Virus record (IMG/VR): IMGVR_UViG_3300025138_000046
Span: 1-58,218 of that record
Length of the DNA: 58,218 bases
Source of the DNA: a virus
Taxonomy: Duplodnaviria; Caudoviricetes
Reading direction: 5' to 3' (one strand)
Shown: positions 45,754-55,397 of the stretch, one piece after another
How the letters are laid out: every line of letters starts with the position of its first letter
Position numbering within the stretch: position 1 is the stretch's first letter
Notes under the pieces: model-generated
Seen by the model: only the letters and a program-made list of their open reading frames with translations
The model's database searches: none
What the model was told of the DNA's origin: nothing
Program-made: the position numbers and the translations under genes

Positions 45754-46685
45754 TTAAATCGCACTCCTGCCATAACTTCGGTTAAACACGCAACCGTATT
45801 TAGTTCGTGATCTGCGACAAAGGAATTCTTGTATTGATAATCAGCAAGTATAAGCACTAACTGTGGTATACTTGAGGGATCAACATAGTCATTCATGTTG
45901 TCATAGACTTTACGATATATTGCCGCTGGCTCAGAATCAATGTTGTTACTTACCCATTGTCTCATGCCCTTAAAGTTTTTTTCCTTAAGATGTATCATAA
46001 GATCATTAAGGGAAACTTCAGATAAAGAAACAAGAATACCGGTATCGATAACGCCGCTACTTCCGTAGCGCTGTAGTTCATTAAGAACTTTACGCCAATC
46101 AGGCATATGTTTCATTATAAGTTCAGCAACAACTTTACGATCGTAATCAATATTTTCTTTATTTAGGATTACCTCGCATCGATGCAAAAAGTCACCACAT
46201 AGCGGTGCTGCATCTTTCTTTGAAACATTAAATTCAATTGTAGTACAACGAGAATGTAATGGATCAATGATCCTGTTTTTAAAATTGCATGTAAGAATAA
46301 ATCTGCAATTACCACTAAACTCTTCGATAAAACCACGTAATGCTGGTTGCGTCGATTGAGCATTTAAATAATCTGCCTCATCCAAGATGACTACTTTGTA
46401 GCCACCTTGAAGAGAAACAGAAGACGCAAATTGTTTAATCTTATTGCGTAGTGTATCAATACCAGATTCTTCGGATCCATTAATCAAAAGAAAATCTAGG
46501 TTAAGTTCATTACACAAAGCTTTCGCAACTGTAGTTTTACCTAAGCCGGCTGTTCCGGTAAGAAGCATATTGTGTAGGTCACCTCCTTTAACAATATCTT
46601 CAAAAGTCGTTTTAATATTTTTAGGTAATACACAATCTCGAATTTTTTGTGGACGATATTTTTCAACCCAAAGAAATTCTGACAT
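45750..46685 (-). CDS. 44: Clamp loader large subunit gp44
   Basis: WVEKYRP, G..G.GKTT, DEAD and SRC motifs. Confidence 0.95.
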   Translation of the reverse strand: MSEFLWVEKYRPQKIRDCVLPKNIKTTFEDIVKGGDLHNMLLTGTAGLGKTTVAKALCNELNLDFLLINGSEESGIDTLRNKIKQFASSVSLQGGYKVVILDEADYLNAQSTQPALRGFIEEFSGNCRFILTCNFKNRIIDPLHSRCTTIEFNVSKKDAAPLCGDFLHRCEVILNKENIDYDRKVVAELIMKHMPDWRKVLNELQRYGSSGVIDTGILVSLSEVSLNDLMIHLKEKNFKGMRQWVSNNIDSEPAAIYRKVYDNMNDYVDPSSIPQLVLILADYQYKNSFVADHELNTVACLTEVMAGVRFK

Positions 46686-46942
46686 TATAGTACCTCCCAA
46701 CCAAGAACTGTTTCAACGCGAAAAGATCTCCACGCACTCTTATCAATAGACCATACGGCCAAGTGATCAGAATCCGGATTGACGCTTTCGATTACGGCTT
46801 TTACACCGTTAGCTTTTAAAACAACTGAGTTAAGAGTTGATGGCATGACTCGTATTTCATCCGAGTCAATTTTTTGAAAGGTAACTGTAACAGTTCCTTT
46901 TTTTAATGCTTCGATTAAACGAGCACATTCATTGCGATCCAT
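46685..46942 (-). CDS. WYL/SH3-like small protein
   Basis: V.F.K....R.M..TL and WRSFR motifs. Confidence 0.7.
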   Translation of the reverse strand: MDRNECARLIEALKKGTVTVTFQKIDSDEIRVMPSTLNSVVLKANGVKAVIESVNPDSDHLAVWSIDKSAWRSFRVETVLGWEVL

Positions 46943-46959
46943 AATATATCCTTCATAAT

Positions 46960-46990
46960 AAAATTAAATGTGTGGAGGAGCTACCTCCAC
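46960..46990 (-). terminator. Probable terminator hairpin
   Basis: GTGGAGG-TAGCT-CCTCCAC followed by an AT-rich tail with a weak U-tract. Confidence 0.6.
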
Positions 46991-47008
46991 GTTAAGCTAA
47001 TGGGTTGT

Positions 47009-47287
47009 TTAAGCTTCTTCGGCTTCAACAGTTTCCGGAAGATCAGCACCTGCTGGCACCATTCCTTCTGGAGTTTCTTTGCCTTGAGCTTCAGATGCAG
47101 CATTTAAAAATGCGACTGTTCTGTTTCTCAATCCCCCGATTGACTCCATTTCTGGACCTTCAAAACCACCTCTTTTAGAACAGATATCGATAATCTGTAC
47201 GAATGTTGAGATGTCTTGAAGTGAAAGCTGTGGAGCTTCCGCCTGTGTGCCTTCCTGTGGAAGGACTTTATCTTGTAGTTCAGTCAT
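47009..47287 (-). CDS. Acidic hypothetical protein
   Basis: LSL.DI....QIID.CS.RG.F.G.E motif; AAGGAG RBS. Confidence 0.75.
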   Translation of the reverse strand: MTELQDKVLPQEGTQAEAPQLSLQDISTFVQIIDICSKRGGFEGPEMESIGGLRNRTVAFLNAASEAQGKETPEGMVPAGADLPETVEAEEA

Positions 47288-47321
47288 TTGTTTCTCCTTT
47301 GCAAAGTAGACTAATTATAAG

Positions 47322-47343
47322 AGACCCGGCCAATCCGGCATCT
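47322..47343 (-). promoter_or_regulatory. Leader hairpin motif, copy 2
   Basis: AGAUGCCGG-AUUGG-CCGGGUCU; covaries with 44457-44478. Confidence 0.7.
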
Positions 47344-47390
47344 TCTTTTATTATCCTCATATTATAATGAGAATTTTTTCTGTGCATAGT

Positions 47391-47398
47391 TATTTATA
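47391..47398 (-). promoter_or_regulatory. Late promoter TATAAATA
   Basis: Exact motif overlapping the gene 45 stop. Confidence 0.7.
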
Positions 47399-48059
47399 CA
47401 CCGAAACTTGATGATTTCTCTAAAGCGATAAAATAATCTAAAGGATTATCCGCATTTCTCCAGTTGGAGATAAGCCTAGATGAAATCGAAAGTTTGTAAT
47501 CGCCTTGAAGCATTTTTAAATTCGAAATGCTAAAGACATAATTGAATGTTTCAGTAGAGGTAGTACCTAGATCAATATCGAAGGTATTTGCTGTAGCGTC
47601 TTTGTCGTTAAACACAGATGCAACAACCGGTCCGCCCTGGCTACTAAAAGCTAATTCCGAATGGCCTAGCACGGCAGCTGCTTTTCGGATCTTATCTAAA
47701 TTATCAGCTGATAGATCTAAAACAACCTCGCATTCAGGCATATTGATATCTTTACTTGGTTGTGTAAGGATTTCAATTTCAGAATAGTAGTATTTAATCC
47801 TCTGAGATCCGTCAGCCATAGTGAGATGTTTATCACTAAAGTCTAATTCCGGACTGTCCATTAGATTGTATAAAGACAAAAATTCATTAAGATCGTATAC
47901 ACCGAAGTCGACTGGAAAGTCTTCCAGGATAGATGCACTTGCCATAATGGTTTTTGCTTCAGAAATAGTCTTTAGTTCCTTTCCAGGTTTAAAGACTAAA
48001 TTTGCGTTGATTCCTGAAAAGTTTTTCAGGATGTTAATAGTTTCACTTGAGATTTTCAT
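47394..48059 (-). CDS. 45: Sliding clamp gp45
   Basis: LKNFSGIN, FG.YDLNEFL, NLKML.GDY and Y.IALE motifs. Confidence 0.93.
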   Translation of the reverse strand: MKISSETINILKNFSGINANLVFKPGKELKTISEAKTIMASASILEDFPVDFGVYDLNEFLSLYNLMDSPELDFSDKHLTMADGSQRIKYYYSEIEILTQPSKDINMPECEVVLDLSADNLDKIRKAAAVLGHSELAFSSQGGPVVASVFNDKDATANTFDIDLGTTSTETFNYVFSISNLKMLQGDYKLSISSRLISNWRNADNPLDYFIALEKSSSFGV

Positions 48060-48086
48060 AATTTACCTTTTTAGATTGTTACCAGT

Positions 48087-48116
48087 ATTATAACATACTT
48101 TTAGATGTTTGTACAT
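48087..48116 (-). promoter_or_regulatory. Early promoter (gene 45)
   Basis: TGTACA-17-TATAAT. Confidence 0.75.
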
Positions 48117-48118
48117 AG

Positions 48119-48403
48119 TTATTTTGAATTTGATCGATCGTGCTCGTATAGCGCAAGCAATCCATAATGTAAGACTTTCATAAGATCTTTTCTATGATCA
48201 TCTGAACTTCCTTTCTTACCATACCTAGCATTGTACTTGTCAACATTACCTAGGAAAAATCCTAGGCCATGTCCACGATCAATAATAACTTCAGAAGATT
48301 GCAATCCTCCTTGGCCATAATGCTGATTATATGTAGAATCAATATACGTTTGGAACTCTTTAATAAGAGCTCCTTCGTTAAATTTATAATTAGGCTGTTT
48401 CAT
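48119..48403 (-). CDS. DUF3310-like protein
   Basis: TY.QHY, GF..GN..KY..RYGKK and DL.K..HY motifs; start refined. Confidence 0.7.
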   Translation of the reverse strand: MKQPNYKFNEGALIKEFQTYIDSTYNQHYGQGGLQSSEVIIDRGHGLGFFLGNVDKYNARYGKKGSSDDHRKDLMKVLHYGLLALYEHDRSNSK

Positions 48404-49529
48404 ATTCCTCCTCGTTAGCAGCTTCGCCGTCAGCAAGGATTACACCCGCGTCAACTTTGCTGTAGAGATCTAAGAAAGCAGACTTTGTATCTTCGTCAAA
48501 TCTTGCGATACATAAATCAATTGCTTTAGCTCTATTCTTAAAGATTGAGAACGTTTGTGCTATATGACACAACCTTCTTGTTGAAATAACTTCGTCAACA
48601 CCTTCATCATAAAACGTCTTTCTGATAATATCTGCCCATGTAACTAGCTTTTCGACGAAGTCAGTATCTTCTGTACCGAACTTAGTCATATGGTTATTAA
48701 GTATTTTCGTTTCTACAGAAGGAGACGGGAACTTCTGATCAATAGCAACTGTGAACCTTTCTAAGAAAGCCTCATCGATGATTGAAGCAGCAGTAAACCT
48801 GCCATCTTCAGAACCCTTACCTTTCGTATTAGCCGTAGCTATAACATTGAAGCCAGGCGCAGGAGATATTGTTTCACCAGTTTTCTTAACGAGAACAGGT
48901 TTACCTTCAAGTATACCTTGAAGACACATAATTTTATTTGTAGCTCTATCAATTTCGTCGAGCAATAAGATTGCACCGTTTTCCATTGCTTTAAGAACAG
49001 GACCTTTAGAGAATACTGTTTCTCCATTAATAAGCCTGAAACCTCCAAGCAAATCATCTTCGTCTGTTTCTGGATTAATTTGAACACGTATGAACTCCCT
49101 ATTAAGTTTTGAACATGCTTGCTCTACCATAAACGTTTTACCGTTACCAGATAAACCTGATACGTAAACAGGATAGAACATTTCTGATTTGATCATTTTG
49201 ACAACATCAGCAAATGCTCCCCACGGAACAAATGTAGGATCCGCCTTTGCGAACGTTTTTTCTTGATTAACAATTGATTGCATTCTAACCGCTGCGCCAA
49301 TATCGACTACTGTATTATCAATTTCGATATTCTTTAAAAACAGACCTAAGTCATAGGTACCGATTTTAATTCTGTTATCTGTAGTAAGCAAAGGATAAAA
49401 GTCCTTGCCAGTGTAGCCCATAGCTCGAGCCGTTGTTTCTATAACATTCTTCCTGAATGCAGTCTGATCTGGGTAATTTTTGGCCAGTTCTTTTAATAGA
49501 TTTGTTGTTGAGATTTTCATGTCTTTCAT
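48390..49529 (-). CDS. MoxR/CobS-like AAA+ ATPase
   Basis: GLSGNGKT, LLDEID, ATANT, AFLERF and STRRL motifs. Confidence 0.9.
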   Translation of the reverse strand: MKDMKISTTNLLKELAKNYPDQTAFRKNVIETTARAMGYTGKDFYPLLTTDNRIKIGTYDLGLFLKNIEIDNTVVDIGAAVRMQSIVNQEKTFAKADPTFVPWGAFADVVKMIKSEMFYPVYVSGLSGNGKTFMVEQACSKLNREFIRVQINPETDEDDLLGGFRLINGETVFSKGPVLKAMENGAILLLDEIDRATNKIMCLQGILEGKPVLVKKTGETISPAPGFNVIATANTKGKGSEDGRFTAASIIDEAFLERFTVAIDQKFPSPSVETKILNNHMTKFGTEDTDFVEKLVTWADIIRKTFYDEGVDEVISTRRLCHIAQTFSIFKNRAKAIDLCIARFDEDTKSAFLDLYSKVDAGVILADGEAANEEEYETA

Positions 49530-49563
49530 AATATAATTTTCCTTATCAATTGTTTATGTGTAT

Positions 49564-49593
49564 ATTATACCACAGTTGAGGGTGTTTGTACAC
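49564..49593 (-). promoter_or_regulatory. Early promoter
   Basis: GTGTACA-17-TATAAT. Confidence 0.8.
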
Positions 49594-49649
49594 AGTTTTT
49601 TTCATTTATTTTCACTTTTTTTGACCATGTCTTTAAATACGGTCATATC

Positions 49650-51755
49650 TTACGCTACTATCCTCCCAAACGTAGTCATAAGAACTTTGTTTTGTTTCTT
49701 ACTTTTTGAGTATTTTTTAAACGCAGTAGCCATTTGATTTTTTGTTTGATCAGAGCTAACTCCAAATTCGTCTTCTTCAGCTGAAAGATTATTTCCGCCT
49801 TTAACTAAGTAAAATTCAGTATAACCTAATACATCTTTTTTAACAACGCATTTATTTTTTCTATATTCTTTCGAAGCTTCGTGTCTAGCTTCTGATCTGT
49901 AGTCGCCATTTATTTCATCTATTTTAAAATTAAATGCTCTGTTGTCATCAGCCATAAAGAATCCAATGCAGTTAGTATTGTATCTAGATCTAATATTTTC
50001 TAAGAGGCTTTTTGTCACATTTCTGTTACTTGGAGCCGCTAGTAGTTTACCGTCAACCATGAGATTAACTCCTCTATAAGAACCTCGGTTGTCGAATTTG
50101 TTATCACGTATGCTACTATCTGAATACGCGTGAAGAGGATTAGAGTCTCCGTCAGAGAAGACCACGAGATTCATCTTTTCAATTTGATGCTTAATCTTAA
50201 ATGATTTAACTAAATGTGTTGCTACAATGAGAGCTTGATGCAAAGGCGTTGATCCAAACTCTTCAGATGAACCAATTACTGCTCTAGAAGACCAGGTGGA
50301 CATAACAGCTCTAGCATGAAGAGCTTTTAATGATTCATCAAAATCTGATTTCTTTAGCTTCGAAGATGTTAATAAAGGCATAGACAAATCATCTAAATCG
50401 ATATCGCCATCAAATAATAATCCTTGGTTTCTTAAGTCGTAAGAATTTAGATTTTTGTTTCCAGTAGTAAATGCGTATACATCAAAAGGAATATTAACTT
50501 GCTTACAAAACAACACTAAATGTATTAGCTGCTCTAAGACTTTAGGCAACGAATCATACATTGATCCTGAGTAGTCTATAAGCATAATCATTCCATGGCT
50601 TTGTGCGTCATGTAACCTAGTAGTTTGTTTGAATATATCTTCGTTAGTTTTATAAGAAAAAAGCTTATTGACGTCAATCACACCGGTTTTTGCTGTCGTA
50701 GCTTTTGCCCACTGCGTTGCAGCCTTTCTCATTTCGAACTCTTTAACCGCAACTCCAACACTTCTCTTAACACCTTTGATATAAGCAGAATAAGCTAGAT
50801 TAGCATTATTAAGTTCTTCGATTTGTTCTTCATGTAAGTATTGAATTCTAGAATCTCTCTCGAGCTTAAGATCTTTATAATCAACTATTACCCTTTTTCT
50901 AATTTCTTTATTAATATCTGAGACAGTGAGAGTCTGTGTTCCATAATCGTCAACATCTAAGAGTGATTCTTCATTCTTTCTAAACGCATCATCGGTTAAG
51001 GAAGTATTTCCATCGTGTCCGTTAGAAGCGGAAGTTGTTTCTCCGTCTTCTTCTAATTCTTCTTCTTCGTCTTGTTGAGATGGTGAAGGAGCATTATCGT
51101 CTTGTGCGCTTGATTCGTCAGAATCATCGTTTGAGCTCGATGTATCTCCTTCTTGTTGTTCTTGGTTTTCATCAGTATCTGGAATATCTTCTTCTTCTTT
51201 ATCTTCTTCGAACTGCTTATCATAAGCTACAATGTCTTTAACTAATTGTAAAACTTCAGGAAAGTCTTCAGTAGTCATTGCTCTATCCATAAAGACTTGT
51301 TCTTCGTCATTAAAGTCAAGTTCTACGTGAGCTCCGACTTTAGCTTGCAAATTAATTTTATCTATTATTCTAAGTTCTGTAAAATCTAGATCGTCAGTTC
51401 CAAAAAAGTTATCGTCAAAAAGCTTTCCATAAGCTCTTGAGAAAGGACCGACGAGTCCTGGATATGTGTTTTTGACTACCCTTTCAATCCTTGCATCTTC
51501 AATAACATTGATGTAAGATCTTGGGCAACCTTGTAATTTTTCTGGACTATCGTGCCAGCCTTCATATGGAGTTGCAAGTGCATGACCAACTTCGTGGCCG
51601 ACAAATAGGTCGTAAATGTCTTTACCCATATCTTTCCATAAAGGTAAACCAAGGACACGATTCTTAATATCGAACCATGGGGTCTTGTAATTACCATGTC
51701 TTATGGAAATGTTTTCTTTTGCCAGTAACTTGGGCAGACTTGAATTGTTGTACAT
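49650..51755 (-). CDS. CobT-like protein: HExxH domain, acidic linker and vWA domain
   Basis: HEVGH, N..ED.RIE, acidic linker, MIDAS DYSGS...TP...SDG. Confidence 0.8.
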   Translation of the reverse strand: MYNNSSLPKLLAKENISIRHGNYKTPWFDIKNRVLGLPLWKDMGKDIYDLFVGHEVGHALATPYEGWHDSPEKLQGCPRSYINVIEDARIERVVKNTYPGLVGPFSRAYGKLFDDNFFGTDDLDFTELRIIDKINLQAKVGAHVELDFNDEEQVFMDRAMTTEDFPEVLQLVKDIVAYDKQFEEDKEEEDIPDTDENQEQQEGDTSSSNDDSDESSAQDDNAPSPSQQDEEEELEEDGETTSASNGHDGNTSLTDDAFRKNEESLLDVDDYGTQTLTVSDINKEIRKRVIVDYKDLKLERDSRIQYLHEEQIEELNNANLAYSAYIKGVKRSVGVAVKEFEMRKAATQWAKATTAKTGVIDVNKLFSYKTNEDIFKQTTRLHDAQSHGMIMLIDYSGSMYDSLPKVLEQLIHLVLFCKQVNIPFDVYAFTTGNKNLNSYDLRNQGLLFDGDIDLDDLSMPLLTSSKLKKSDFDESLKALHARAVMSTWSSRAVIGSSEEFGSTPLHQALIVATHLVKSFKIKHQIEKMNLVVFSDGDSNPLHAYSDSSIRDNKFDNRGSYRGVNLMVDGKLLAAPSNRNVTKSLLENIRSRYNTNCIGFFMADDNRAFNFKIDEINGDYRSEARHEASKEYRKNKCVVKKDVLGYTEFYLVKGGNNLSAEEDEFGVSSDQTKNQMATAFKKYSKSKKQNKVLMTTFGRIVA

Positions 51756-51762
51756 ATTAACT

Positions 51763-51867
51763 CCTTATCTTTAATATGGTACCATTATACCACGATTTAG
51801 AGGCCTTGTACACCTTTTTTTAAAAAAAAGTATACTATTTTTATATCTATTTTTTATATGTATTTAG
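51763..51867. repeat. Promoter/leader cassette, copy 2
   Basis: Imperfect direct repeat of 27896-28000. Confidence 0.85.
51784..51813 (-). promoter_or_regulatory. Early promoter
   Basis: GTGTACA-17-TATAAT. Confidence 0.8.
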
Positions 51868-51877
51868 CTTTTTATAA

Positions 51878-53593
51878 CTATTTGATCTTTGAAAAGTTGC
51901 GTTCTTTGATGAATTCTATCTTAGATCTAAACTTGTTTTCTAGGATATCTCCCTTGTGTGATATAATAAACACATTAGTTCCGTCTTCAAGGGTGTTTAA
52001 AATCTTTGTTAGATTATCGATACCATCATGATCTAATGAAGAATCAAAGGTTTCATCTAGCACTAGCAAGTTAGTCGATGCAGAGTTTTTCATTTTTGCG
52101 ATTTGTCTCCAGGTGAATAGTAAAGATAAATCAATTCTTTGTTTTTCGCCTTCACTAAATGACGCATAATTAAATGCATCGCGATGTCTAGATCTAATAG
52201 TCTCATTAAAGCTTTCATCTAAGTGAAATGCAACAAAGAAATCTAAAACCTGTAAGTATTGATTAATAAGTCTATTCATGACTGGAAGATATTGCTTAAT
52301 GACCTTAGTCTTTATTCCAGTATCTTTTAGCATTTCTCCGATAACTTCGTTGTATGTTCTTTCTTCAACGTATTGTAGTTTCTTTTCAGTGACGATATCT
52401 TTGTTATCTCTTAGATCGTTTAATTCGATTTTAGCAGCCTTTATATCTCCAGAAGATTGCAATAATGAACTAATTTCTTTTTGTATCTTTTCGATTTCTT
52501 TTTGTATTAGATTAATTTTATCGTTATTTGAATTAATGTTTCGTTGCCTATCCAACAAATCTTTCATATTGCCTTGGCATTCTTTAAGAAGTATTGCATT
52601 AGTATCGCACTCGATTGCAATATCAGACATACCTTTTTGTATGTCAGCAGCTGCCTTTTTAATTTTAGTCAATTTAGTTTCTTTAATACTAACATCTATA
52701 TCTTGATCGCATGTAGGACAACGCTCATTATCTTCAAAAAACTTAGCTTCATTAACTAAATCTTTTATTTTAGATTTAAAAACCATATCTCGTGATTTTA
52801 TATCGGAAGTTTTCTCAGAAAGTTCATCGTGCTTTAAAGTTTCAATGTCAGTTAGCGCGGTGAGGTTTTTACCTAATATATGAGATTCTGATACTAATGT
52901 CTTAACGTCTTTTTCATAATCCGTAATAGACTCTTCTTTAGATGTTATCATGTCTTTATTGATAGCTTGTAAGTCTTTGACATACTTCGATTGAGTGTCC
53001 ATCTTCGCTTTATATAGATCTAGCGAATGATTAATTTCGCTTAGTTCTTCTTTAATCTTAGAATTGCGCTCTTTCAACAATGTATTCATTTTACTAAAAA
53101 TATTAATATCTAGTAAGTCTTCTATAACAGATCTGCGGGACCATGCTGGCAATTGCATAAATGGAATAAACGAACTACTACCTAGAACTACTACTTGGTG
53201 AAACGATTTATGATTTAATTTAAGTATATTCTGTTCTAAGAACTTCTGATAATCTCTAGCATTAGATGCTTGATTAATCATATTACCGTTCTGCCATATC
53301 TCGAATTTATTAGGTTTAATGCCTCGCAAAATTTTAAATTCCGAATTTCCTATGTTGAACTCAACTTCAACTATAGTGCCTTTCTTATTAATGCTATTGA
53401 TCAATTGATCCTTTTTAATATCTCTATGAGGCTTGCCGAATAGGCCGAATGAAAGAGCATCTAGCATTGTAGATTTTCCTGCACCGTTAGAGCCGACAAT
53501 AAGCGTCGACGGAGTTTTATCTAATTGTATTTTTATTGTGTCATTTCCGGTCGAAAGAAAATTCTTCCATGAGACCGATTTAAAATATATCAT
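51878..53593 (-). CDS. 46: Recombination endonuclease ATPase subunit gp46 (Rad50-like)
   Basis: G.NGAGKST, CPTC zinc hook, FSEGEK, LDE and ISH motifs. Confidence 0.95.
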   Translation of the reverse strand: MIYFKSVSWKNFLSTGNDTIKIQLDKTPSTLIVGSNGAGKSTMLDALSFGLFGKPHRDIKKDQLINSINKKGTIVEVEFNIGNSEFKILRGIKPNKFEIWQNGNMINQASNARDYQKFLEQNILKLNHKSFHQVVVLGSSSFIPFMQLPAWSRRSVIEDLLDINIFSKMNTLLKERNSKIKEELSEINHSLDLYKAKMDTQSKYVKDLQAINKDMITSKEESITDYEKDVKTLVSESHILGKNLTALTDIETLKHDELSEKTSDIKSRDMVFKSKIKDLVNEAKFFEDNERCPTCDQDIDVSIKETKLTKIKKAAADIQKGMSDIAIECDTNAILLKECQGNMKDLLDRQRNINSNNDKINLIQKEIEKIQKEISSLLQSSGDIKAAKIELNDLRDNKDIVTEKKLQYVEERTYNEVIGEMLKDTGIKTKVIKQYLPVMNRLINQYLQVLDFFVAFHLDESFNETIRSRHRDAFNYASFSEGEKQRIDLSLLFTWRQIAKMKNSASTNLLVLDETFDSSLDHDGIDNLTKILNTLEDGTNVFIISHKGDILENKFRSKIEFIKERNFSKIK

Positions 53594-54651
53594 ACTACCT
53601 CTAAGTTCTGCGCTTCAGTATAAAGCTTTCTTAATTCAATTTTTAAATGATCTTTGTCTAAGTCAGTGTCGACTGCTTCAACATAAGAGTCTAACAATTC
53701 GGTTGTATCCTCAAGAGATACTTTATTGTCTTCGACGCTTTCTCCTAAATACTCTTCAAAGCTTTCTGCTATCTTAAGTTCGTAGGTTTCTATGCTTTGC
53801 AGTTTGTCAACAAATTTATCAAACATATACAAGTCAGTTTTATTTAATACAATTAGTTTTATAAATTTGTGTTCGCATTCGCTAAAGTCAAAGTTATTAT
53901 AATCATTTTTTGTATCATCATATATAATCTTTTTAAATATAGTAATAGGATTACGCACTGGAGTAACTTCCCTAGTATCGGTATCTAGTATGTGGAAGTA
54001 TTTAGGATCATCAACATCAGCCCATGTAAATTCGAATTGACCTCCAAGATAGTCGACGTTCTCTCGACTTGATTTAGTATGAAAATGACCGGACAATACT
54101 CTTTCGAATCTCGAGAAAATATCTGCGTTCATACCATGCGGATTTGTAATGCCGGCCATCATCTCAAAACCTGCTAGTTCTAAGTGAGCACCTAATATAG
54201 GAGCCTTGCAATTTAAAGCAAAATCTACATATTCCTGATAGTTGCTATTATTGATCCATGGTATAACTGCAACACTTAGACCGTCGTAGTCTAAGACTGT
54301 TGGCTTCATTATAATATTAACGTTGGATGTGAAATAACCGAGAAGCTCTTTAAGTGAACATAATTCGTTCGTATTCTTGAAATATACGTCGTGGTTCCCA
54401 GGAATAATGTCCATTGTGATGCCCATATCACGCATAGGCTCAAGAAAATGCTTGCGGTTCGCGTGGAGAGCTTTAAAGTTAACGAACTTTCTATGCTCAT
54501 AGTAATCTCCTAGATGCAAAATAGTATTTATATCGTTTTCTTTGAGATATGGAAAAAATATTTCTTCGTAAAATCTAGCTTGATAATTTAAAAATATATC
54601 AGAAGAATTCCTTACGCCACAATGTGTATCATTCAATATTGCTACTTTCAT
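53590..54651 (-). CDS. 47: Recombination endonuclease nuclease subunit gp47 (Mre11-like)
   Basis: DTH.G, LGD, GNHD and SGHFH motifs. Confidence 0.95.
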   Translation of the reverse strand: MKVAILNDTHCGVRNSSDIFLNYQARFYEEIFFPYLKENDINTILHLGDYYEHRKFVNFKALHANRKHFLEPMRDMGITMDIIPGNHDVYFKNTNELCSLKELLGYFTSNVNIIMKPTVLDYDGLSVAVIPWINNSNYQEYVDFALNCKAPILGAHLELAGFEMMAGITNPHGMNADIFSRFERVLSGHFHTKSSRENVDYLGGQFEFTWADVDDPKYFHILDTDTREVTPVRNPITIFKKIIYDDTKNDYNNFDFSECEHKFIKLIVLNKTDLYMFDKFVDKLQSIETYELKIAESFEEYLGESVEDNKVSLEDTTELLDSYVEAVDTDLDKDHLKIELRKLYTEAQNLEVV

Positions 54652-54653
54652 AA

Positions 54654-55229
54654 TTATACCATAAATAATTCTAGTTTTTCTTTTTCTTTTTCGATCTTAG
54701 CAAACTCTTTGATTTTATCATCCTTAGTTCTAATTTGATCGATGCGTTGTCTGAGTGTATCTACATACTGCATAGTTTGTTGTGCGCCAGCATCATCCAT
54801 ACCCATAGCAGCAAAATCTTCAATACCCATTTTCTCAATGAATTTAAATTTAATGTCTTGTTGCTTTTTCTCTTTTGTTATTCTTCTAATAAAGGCGAAG
54901 TAACATATTTGAGTAAAGTAAGAGAATGCATTAGGATTGCCTGTTCTTGTGGCAGTCTCAATCTTATAGTTGTTGATTGCTCTTAAACAATTTTCAACAC
55001 CATCCATCACCATCTCTTCACGATAAGTGTACCGAACAAAGTTCGGTCTGTGAGACAGGCCTTCAGATATTTTCATGAAACATGTAGCAATATAATCGGT
55101 TACTTTAGGAACGACTCTATCAGCTTCTTTTGCTTCGTGAACACTTTTAACATACTCTACCACTGAATTAGAAAAATCTCTATTGTTCACGTAATGTGGT
55201 TTAGCTTTAGGTTTAATTTTGTTTGTCAT
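54654..55229 (-). CDS. 55: Late sigma factor gp55
   Basis: HYVNN, PNF..YTY.EEM..DG.EN and NAFSYFTQI.YFAF.RRI..EKKQ motifs; start refined. Confidence 0.93.
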   Translation of the reverse strand: MTNKIKPKAKPHYVNNRDFSNSVVEYVKSVHEAKEADRVVPKVTDYIATCFMKISEGLSHRPNFVRYTYREEMVMDGVENCLRAINNYKIETATRTGNPNAFSYFTQICYFAFIRRITKEKKQQDIKFKFIEKMGIEDFAAMGMDDAGAQQTMQYVDTLRQRIDQIRTKDDKIKEFAKIEKEKEKLELFMV

Positions 55230-55251
55230 GTATTTCTCCCGATGATAGTAT

Positions 55252-55281
55252 ATTATAACACAGTTTACTAGAAAAGTAAAC
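55252..55281 (-). promoter_or_regulatory. Early promoter (gene 55)
   Basis: GTTTACT-17-TATAAT. Confidence 0.8.
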
Positions 55282-55323
55282 AATTATTTTAATTAATTTA
55301 TTTTAGTTTTTTTGCATAAAAAG

Positions 55324-55353
55324 GTGTACAAATGATCAAAAGCGTGATATAAT
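55324..55353 (+). promoter_or_regulatory. Plus-strand early-type promoter with no downstream ORF
   Basis: GTGTACA-17-TATAAT with extended TG; same consensus as the 15 minus-strand copies. Confidence 0.7.
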
Positions 55354-55397
55354 ATAAGAGTCAACCGGTGAGGTGGAGGTATACTAAAGTAAGTAAT

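Noticed and set aside
48390-51755. CobS/CobT as cobalamin biosynthesis genes
   Set aside because: A MoxR-vWA pair is common in marine T4-like phages; cobN and other cob genes are absent here.
46972-55381. GTGGAGGTA shared by the 46.98 kb hairpin and the 55.37 kb antisense leader as an sRNA-target pair
   Set aside because: Only 7 bp of possible pairing; compatible with chance.
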